The notes below the pieces were generated by a model. It saw only the letters and a list, made by a program, of their open reading frames with translations, did no database searches and had not been told where the DNA came from. 64,000 bases of DNA from Lingula anatina (lineage: Eukaryota > Animalia > Brachiopoda), in assembly GCA_051362555.1 (NCBI GenBank), contig CM120641.1, positions 20,336,001-20,400,000 of the forward strand, read 5' to 3'. The position numbers and the translations under genes were made by a program. The stretch's first letter is position 1, and every line of letters starts with the position of its first letter. This document shows positions 57,201 to 64,000 of the stretch, piece by piece.

Positions 57201-60200
57201 AAGAGTCCCTAATCTGATTTGAAACCTTTTTTTTTCTAATTCTGTTATACAATCTGTGCAACGAGCCATTCTCTGTTGCCCTTGAATATCTAAAACTCCA
57301 TCTCCATCAAGTTCATATTAATTTTACACGATAAAATTTTTTTATGTCCACATTAATATAGTGTCATAACAATCCGTGTTTAGACACATAAAGCAAATTT
57401 ACACATCCGAACAAACATGTCTTTTTGCAAAAAAAATAGTCATTCACACCTAAACTGCAGTAATTTTGTTTAAAACTGCCACATACTAAGCCAAAAAGGG
57501 AAATGAAGCTTTTTCCAACGTTGCAAAGGGAATTTCAGGTAAATCAGAGATGCTTCAAAGTAGTCAAGGCAATGTACCATAAACCTTCGTTGTCATCAAT
57601 AAAAGGCTCCAATTTTGTTCAGTTCACATCTGTATTCTTGCTCTGTGACTAAAGTATTGCATTACCTGTCATAGGACTGCAGTGAACTACAGGCAATTTG
57701 ACATGATAATCCTTTATCCAACACGCAACACTTTTTCCCTTTTTCCTTTTCAAGGAACAATGTTTTTGTTTGGTATTAAATGCATTTTCCTGGTATTAAA
57801 ACAAATAAATGCCCTCCGAGAAAATGTGTCTGTCAAAATAAAACTGTTAATAAATTCATAATTTATCTATATTGTCATTGAGATGTTGTAGTCAATGCAT
57901 TTTAAATCTTTATTTTATTTCTATTCCTGAACTATTTGATAACAATCTCTGTGAAACACAAAAAGGGTTCACATTAACATCTATACCTTGTTCAACTGTG
58001 CTATGTTCTATCAGTAATAACCTGTAATCTAATTATGACAGCCCTTACACAATTATTTTGACAACAAACCAGGTGAAGACATTAATTGCCCCCAACAGGT
58101 AGCCTTAATTATTTCTCAAGTTGTTAAATTGGGACAAACACCTGACTGGTTAAAGATATCATTTCTGCACTGTAAGGCTACAAAGCTTTTTAACACTTGA
58201 TCTTTTGTCCCCTGAAAGTTTTGGGAAAGTTTGCAAATGTAGATCAATTGGAAAATAATAGATAATTGCAATGGGAAATAAAATGAGGCTGTCGGCACCG
58301 TTTCTTGTCAAACAAGGCCACAAAATGTGCAAGAACCCAAGTGAGGTTGAGCTAACCTTTTAGCAATAAGAGTGAAACTCTATGTGCTTGGCATAACGTA
58401 TTAGAAACCAATAAATTTAAAAGTAACATCCAAAAATAAAGTGAATATGTATTGTTGTACAAAAAACTGTAATTCTACTAAATTTTCTACCAGAAAAACA
58501 TCTAAAAATAAATTCTGCCAGCTTTTATGTGATGTCACACTGCACTGGCTGATTTGCCTTTAATATCATTTCCTGCAAATTTGTCACAAGACTTAAAGTG
58601 TACGAGTGACGGCCGTGTTTTTCGTTATCATTAGACACTTTATTAACTAAAAAACATAACCTGTAATCGCAAAACAATATCTGTTTAGATTTTAGACAAT
58701 ATATCACTGGATTTGTGAAAATACACACCTGAAGACTAACCCCAAAACCTGGAATCAGAGGTTAAGTGGAAATAACGTGGTAAAGTTGGTCCCGCGAACC
58801 TGCTCCCTGTCCGCCATTTTACGAAGTGTGAGTACAGGTGTGTGCAACAGTTTTGACTGTGTTTTCACTAAAAATGGGGACAGTCCGGATAGGGCATCTC
58901 TGTGTACCAGTTAGCAATTTGCATACCGATTTACAAGCACTTTTGCATACATAACAATGTGTCATTGCATTTGTTCCCAATATCAACAAACGCCAAAATA
59001 ACAAGGAAAGACTTAATGGGGCCCTATGGCTCTGAGCTTTGATGTTATGTGCTATTCTTTGAGGTATCAGTTGCTGTAGAATGTAGGGAAAGAAGACAAA
59101 ATAGCATGGAAACAATATGTACCTGATGCTATCTCAGATTATTCCCCAAAAATTAGCAAAAACAAGTGAACTGCTGCTTTGTTAAAAAAGGGAAACTATA
59201 AAAGGTATATTGTGGTGAGAACATAAAAGAGAATCTCAAGTAACCCAAGGTACCCACCCATGGTTTTTTGCTGTGGCATTTAGATCAATTGTCTGCCACT
59301 GCTTTGTAGCCTAAACACATCAGTGACCCGAGAACAGCCTAAAGGTGGAGCACACATGGGTGTATTCAGACCTGAACAGGTGTGATTCTAAAATCACATT
59401 CATAGTTAGTTTCTCTGAATTTGATTACGTTAAGCTCACCTCTGGGAGCCCACGTAATCCCTATTTTCTCCTCCCTGGGGCCATCCCTATCCTTACCCAA
59501 CACCAGAGGTGAAATCATAAAATGGGCAATACATGTACTTGGAAGATTGTAAACTCAGTGCTTAGTCTGTGTTTTTCATTCAAAGCACTACAGTGAAAAC
59601 CGTCATTAATGAGAGTAGAAATCATTGTCCAGAAAACCACAATTTCAATGATTGAAAAAAATGAAATGTGGCCTTACAGATTTTTTTGTGAAACACAACT
59701 TAACCGGCTTTGAAGGTTACAATAACTGGTTTTACACTTTTTGTAAAACAGGCTTCTGTACACCATGTCAATTGATGAGATTTGTTCAGGATAAATAACA
59801 GACGGATAATTATATTCAACAGGAAGGGAAGTGATTACAGTTTCAAATGAATCCTACTCTCCTAATATTTTAAAAATAATTTATTACCCTTTTTACTTGG
59901 CAGATGCATGTGTCCTTGGATTGGTATCTTATTTGATGTTATATTGGTATAAAAGCATGACACTACATCATATCTTCACATCTAAGTAACCTAGCAATTG
60001 AACTGCAGAATGTTATTTCCAAAGCCAAAGGCAATATTTCAACAAACTTCATACTGGGGATCAAAGGGGACTTTAAATCAGTCATTAAGCAAAAATTTTT
60101 GCTGCTTGAAGGGATGTCAAAGGGCCCTAAATACCTAAGTTACTTGCCCTGTTATCTATTGTCTAATGCAAAACATAAATTTTGTAATTAAATGAGATAA

Positions 60201-60700
60201 AGAATCAATTTCTGCCTGGATGATAGCTAACATTTCACGGTAGGTTTGATCATGAAGTCATTCATAATATCTTATTAAGAGAAAATTTGAATAGTTCACC
60301 CTGGTAGCTCATGCAATCTCCACTTACATGTTATCTTCCCAATGTTTAAACCATTGTGGTTTACAGTTTCTGCCATAAAATCCCTGAATTATGGGGATCA
60401 GCACAACGAGAGGTTTTATGGGAATCACCAAACAAGATTTCGAGAAGAGTGTGTACGAAATAATGGCAGAATAGCGAGTGCCTTGCAGCAACAAATACAA
60501 GCTGACAGAAGTCATCCAATAATATTTTTTCTCTTAAGTTCTATCCAATTACAGTGTATTGCACAACAGTGTGAATTCATCGTGTTTTAGGTATCACTTT
60601 TGCATTACTTTCTAGGAAGACATTCCCTGCAACAATAATCAGACAAATTTTTTTCATATTTTGCAAAATGTAGGCCTTTATAATATATTAATCCTCCTTA

Positions 60701-60912
60701 TACCCCCTTTACACTGGACGGCGTTCTTTCTGCGACCATGAAATTTGGCATCGCTGTGGTCTTAATAAGGAGGCATGAGCATTGATTTTGTATCAGAATG
60801 AATGCTCAATGATCGGCCAGTTGTCGGCACGTAAAGTATTATAATTTTTTAACTCTCAAATGGGGCCGTACTGCTGGACGCAGAAAGGACGCCGTCCAGT
60901 GTAAAGGGGCCC
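60701..60912. mobile_element. PIF/Harbinger-like MITE with TTA target duplication
   Basis: TTA|tacccccTTTACACTGGACGGCGT ... ACGCCGTCCAGTGTAAAggggccc|TTA. Confidence 0.75.
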
Positions 60913-61025
60913 TTAGGACCAAAACATTTCATTCAAGAGAAGTATGCAGTATTTTAATTAGCCTAAAACAAAAGCACTTTCTTTTGTTGTACAAAACAGG
61001 TGGAATCTTCAGTCAAAGAATACTA

Positions 61026-61215
61026 AGGTCGCATTCACAACAGCAATAACTAGTTTGCAGATCAAATATGGTGACTCACTTAAAAGCTAGCCATCTCATC
61101 TCCTAATAGACACTGAATAGCTTTTCTGCAGATTTCTGCGATTTCACAACAAGCATTCAAGTGTGCCAGCCATATTTGATCTGCAGACTAGTTAGCCCGC
61201 TGTTGTGAATGGTCT
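61026..61215. mobile_element. Fold-back MITE, same family (cattcacaacagc...gctgttgtgaatg)
   Basis: Inverted arms with gcagatcaaatatgg / ccatatttgatctgc. Confidence 0.7.
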
Positions 61216-61415
61216 AAAAGTTAAGACCAACATTTGGTCTAAAGTTCTTTTCTGAATCAGGCCCTAGGATTCTATAAAATTCACTTCCCCATTCCTATAC
61301 AGTGCAAAAAAAAAACTTTTTACTTCCGATAGTTGGCTTAGCAATCCTTCTGGGTTAAAAACAACCTCCTTGGCTATAGGTATCATAAATTGGGCCAATA
61401 GTGAGACAAGTGAGC

Positions 61416-61551
61416 CCATATTAACCACAAAACCCACATATTAACCAACACACTGTACAATTATTTAGCACCACAAAGCGATACCTAGCACTAACAGTCA
61501 TCGATCTGCTCTGGAAGTGATGGTTAATTTGTGGGTTATGTGGTTAATATG
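61416..61551. repeat. Inverted repeat / MITE-like hairpin
   Basis: cccatattaaccacaaaacccacatattaacc versus ggttaatttgtgggttatgtggttaatatggg. Confidence 0.75.
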
Positions 61552-64000
61552 GGTGTTAGTGCTAAAAGATCTACCGTAGTGTTAGTAAACACCTAATCCA
61601 TTTATAAGGCCTGCCTTAGAACTGTCTTCAACCAGCCCTGAGCTGGTTCAACACTGCTTCTGCATAAGTGCCAATGATCTCTGGGTAAAATGTACAAACC
61701 ATCAAGGTGGAGTCATTAATCTGCTGACCTACACAGTCACTGACATTTTGAACAAATCAACAGGAGCATCCAACCAAAGAGAGAAACCACAACCTTTTAT
61801 CAAAAATAAGATTTCCAATATCATTCACTATCAGCACCGAGACATTCCTCTTCTCCAGCCATACAAACATGGAAGTGCTGATTTAAAGTGAGAGATCTTA
61901 TAAAAACATACTCACCACAACAACATTCACAGTCCATGTTATTATCACTTTACATCACCCAAAAAGTCTACATGGCAATTCAGATGGGCGGATAAATCAT
62001 TCTCATAAGATAATGTAAAAGATATTACCTGACTGCAGTATATTAAAGCCCAAAGCTCTTCTACAATGAGTTTTAACTGCTTTCAAAAAAGTAAGATCAA
62101 CCTGACCTTTAAAATCTGATCTCTTTTCTGAAACTCTATCAAAAATAACATTAATAACTGCATTAATAACCGCTATCTTTTTATATGTTAATCCCCCCCC
62201 CCCCCATTTTTTGCAGCCATAGTTTAAATACAATAGAGGAGAGAATGATAATAAATGTTAGTTTAGCTATGAAAAGCATGGGTTTAATATTAAAAGTAAC
62301 ATGTATAAATTTCATTTATAAGGGTTGCAATCTGATCATTATTATCTTATTCAAAATGTTTTCGTGGACTTATAAAAAGAAGAAAAATTGTGGAAAATTG
62401 ACACACAAAATAATTTTTTCTTTTGACTATAAATGATTCAGGGCAATGAGGACACTATTTTCTATATTTTATGTGTATTCTAAAATTATGGATGTCAATT
62501 ATCCTTTTTTTCTAATAATTATGTATAAACTAAATAAAATCATTCTGAAAATTATTCAAATTGTCATTTAAATTATAATCTCTTTTATAGTTTACAATAT
62601 ATTGAATCAGTAGGAAGGAGGCTTTTGTTCACTATAATATGTGAAAGTGAGAGTCATCCTGTGATACTTGGTCGTAAACAGGAAACACTGTTTTGACCAA
62701 GGGAAGCAAATGATTTAGAAATGGCCCATGTTCAAATATTAAATAATCTGAAGTGGTTTATATTCTGAAGAGATGTGATGGAAAAGAGCAAGAGGACAAC
62801 CCTCATCTTCCACTTTCCAAAATTCATTTCTTTTTATTTCATTTCATTTTACAATCTTTAACACAAATTTGGTTAATTGAAACATTTACCCAACTAATGA
62901 AATCTGACTGTTGAAAACGCTTGTTAATTCAACACTTTTTGAAGAATAAATTATTAATTAAAGCCAAGATTTATCTATTTGGATAGTGGTTTACATGTCC
63001 TTAATGACAATGAGTCATGTTCAACATAAACTGCATCAGATAAAAGGGGTGGGAAACATTCAATACCCATGCCATTTTAAACTGAAACACAATCAAATTA
63101 CCCAATACAGCTACAAGGTCATATTATAAATACCCATTCCATTATTGGAAAGGACCATCAGATAATGGGATTGAACATCCATTGTGCGGGTAAAGCAATG
63201 GTTTGATCACATTAAGCCAAAAATAAGCCACTCTGATTACCTTTGTTCAAGCCCACACAATTCTAAATTACAGCAAGGCTGTGTTCATGACTAGGTATTC
63301 AGAAATGTTCTAAATTCATCTATAGATAAAATATTATTTAAATATGTACACAGGGTCTGACCTGTGCAAGAGTTAACCTGTTATAAAAAATAATAATGAA
63401 TAAAAAATAAAAACCCTATAAATCCAAGATGGCATACATACATTTTACACATTTAACGAATGAAGTTGATGAAACAATTTCAATAACATCTACTTAAGAC
63501 AAAGTTTTAAGTTTACAAATTCTTTTAAAAAATTGGAAATTGTCACCTCAACAAAATGTATGGCCCCTCTTACAAAGTAAACTTTTTCATTGTTCACAAT
63601 CTCTTTTGTTTTTTTGACCAACCATCTATACACACTGCTTTGTCAGCATGATTTCAATAATTGAAGTTGTTATCGACTGAACACAGCTCGTTTAACACTG
63701 GCAATATTCTGTTTGAGTAAACCATTAGCAAAGTTACATAACTTAAATGACAACATTTACAACTTTCAAACAAAATGATATTCATGAAGTTAAATAAAAT
63801 ATTACAAACTGACTGCCAATATCATAAACCATTAAAAAAAACCAACTTTTTCATTTTTCTGGTATAGAAGAAAAAAAAAACTCACTTAAGGCATATCCCC
63901 ATGATTAACACTGAATCACAACAAATCAATACCACAGACAGCGGTTGCTTTTTCTATAAAATTACAGTATTTTCCACATGCAGAGATGTACAAAGAACCT

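Noticed and set aside
54281-64000. Short ORFs upstream of the gene
   Set aside because: No recognisable homology or coding bias; consistent with 5' intron or intergenic DNA with MITEs.

Overview
AT-rich, intron-rich animal genomic DNA (invertebrate-like; taxon not determinable here). It holds the complete coding region of one minus-strand gene, a phospholipase C-beta of the PLCB4/NorpA class. I traced 30 phase-consistent coding exons from ATG 50818 to TAA 6908: 3645 nt, about 1214 aa, covering PH, EF-hands, X box, linker, Y box, C2, coiled-coil CTD and a terminal ETVC PDZ ligand. The standout feature is a pair of duplicated 85-nt Y-box exons (17690-17774, 15934-16018). Each has a U2-type acceptor and a U12-type GTATCCTTT donor, and both share one downstream U12 acceptor (branch site TCCTTAAC). 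This points to mutually exclusive splicing enforced by major/minor spliceosome incompatibility. Also seen: several candidate in-frame cassette or microexons in the X-Y linker, a candidate internal-promoter isoform replacing the PH domain with a Cys/Lys-rich peptide, a triplicated 3' splice site, two near-identical 3.27-kb non-autonomous TA-target TIR transposons flanking the start-codon exon, a 30-bp minisatellite built of 5' splice donors, and many fold-back MITEs and microsatellites. Most ORF-track entries are spurious intronic or repeat ORFs.
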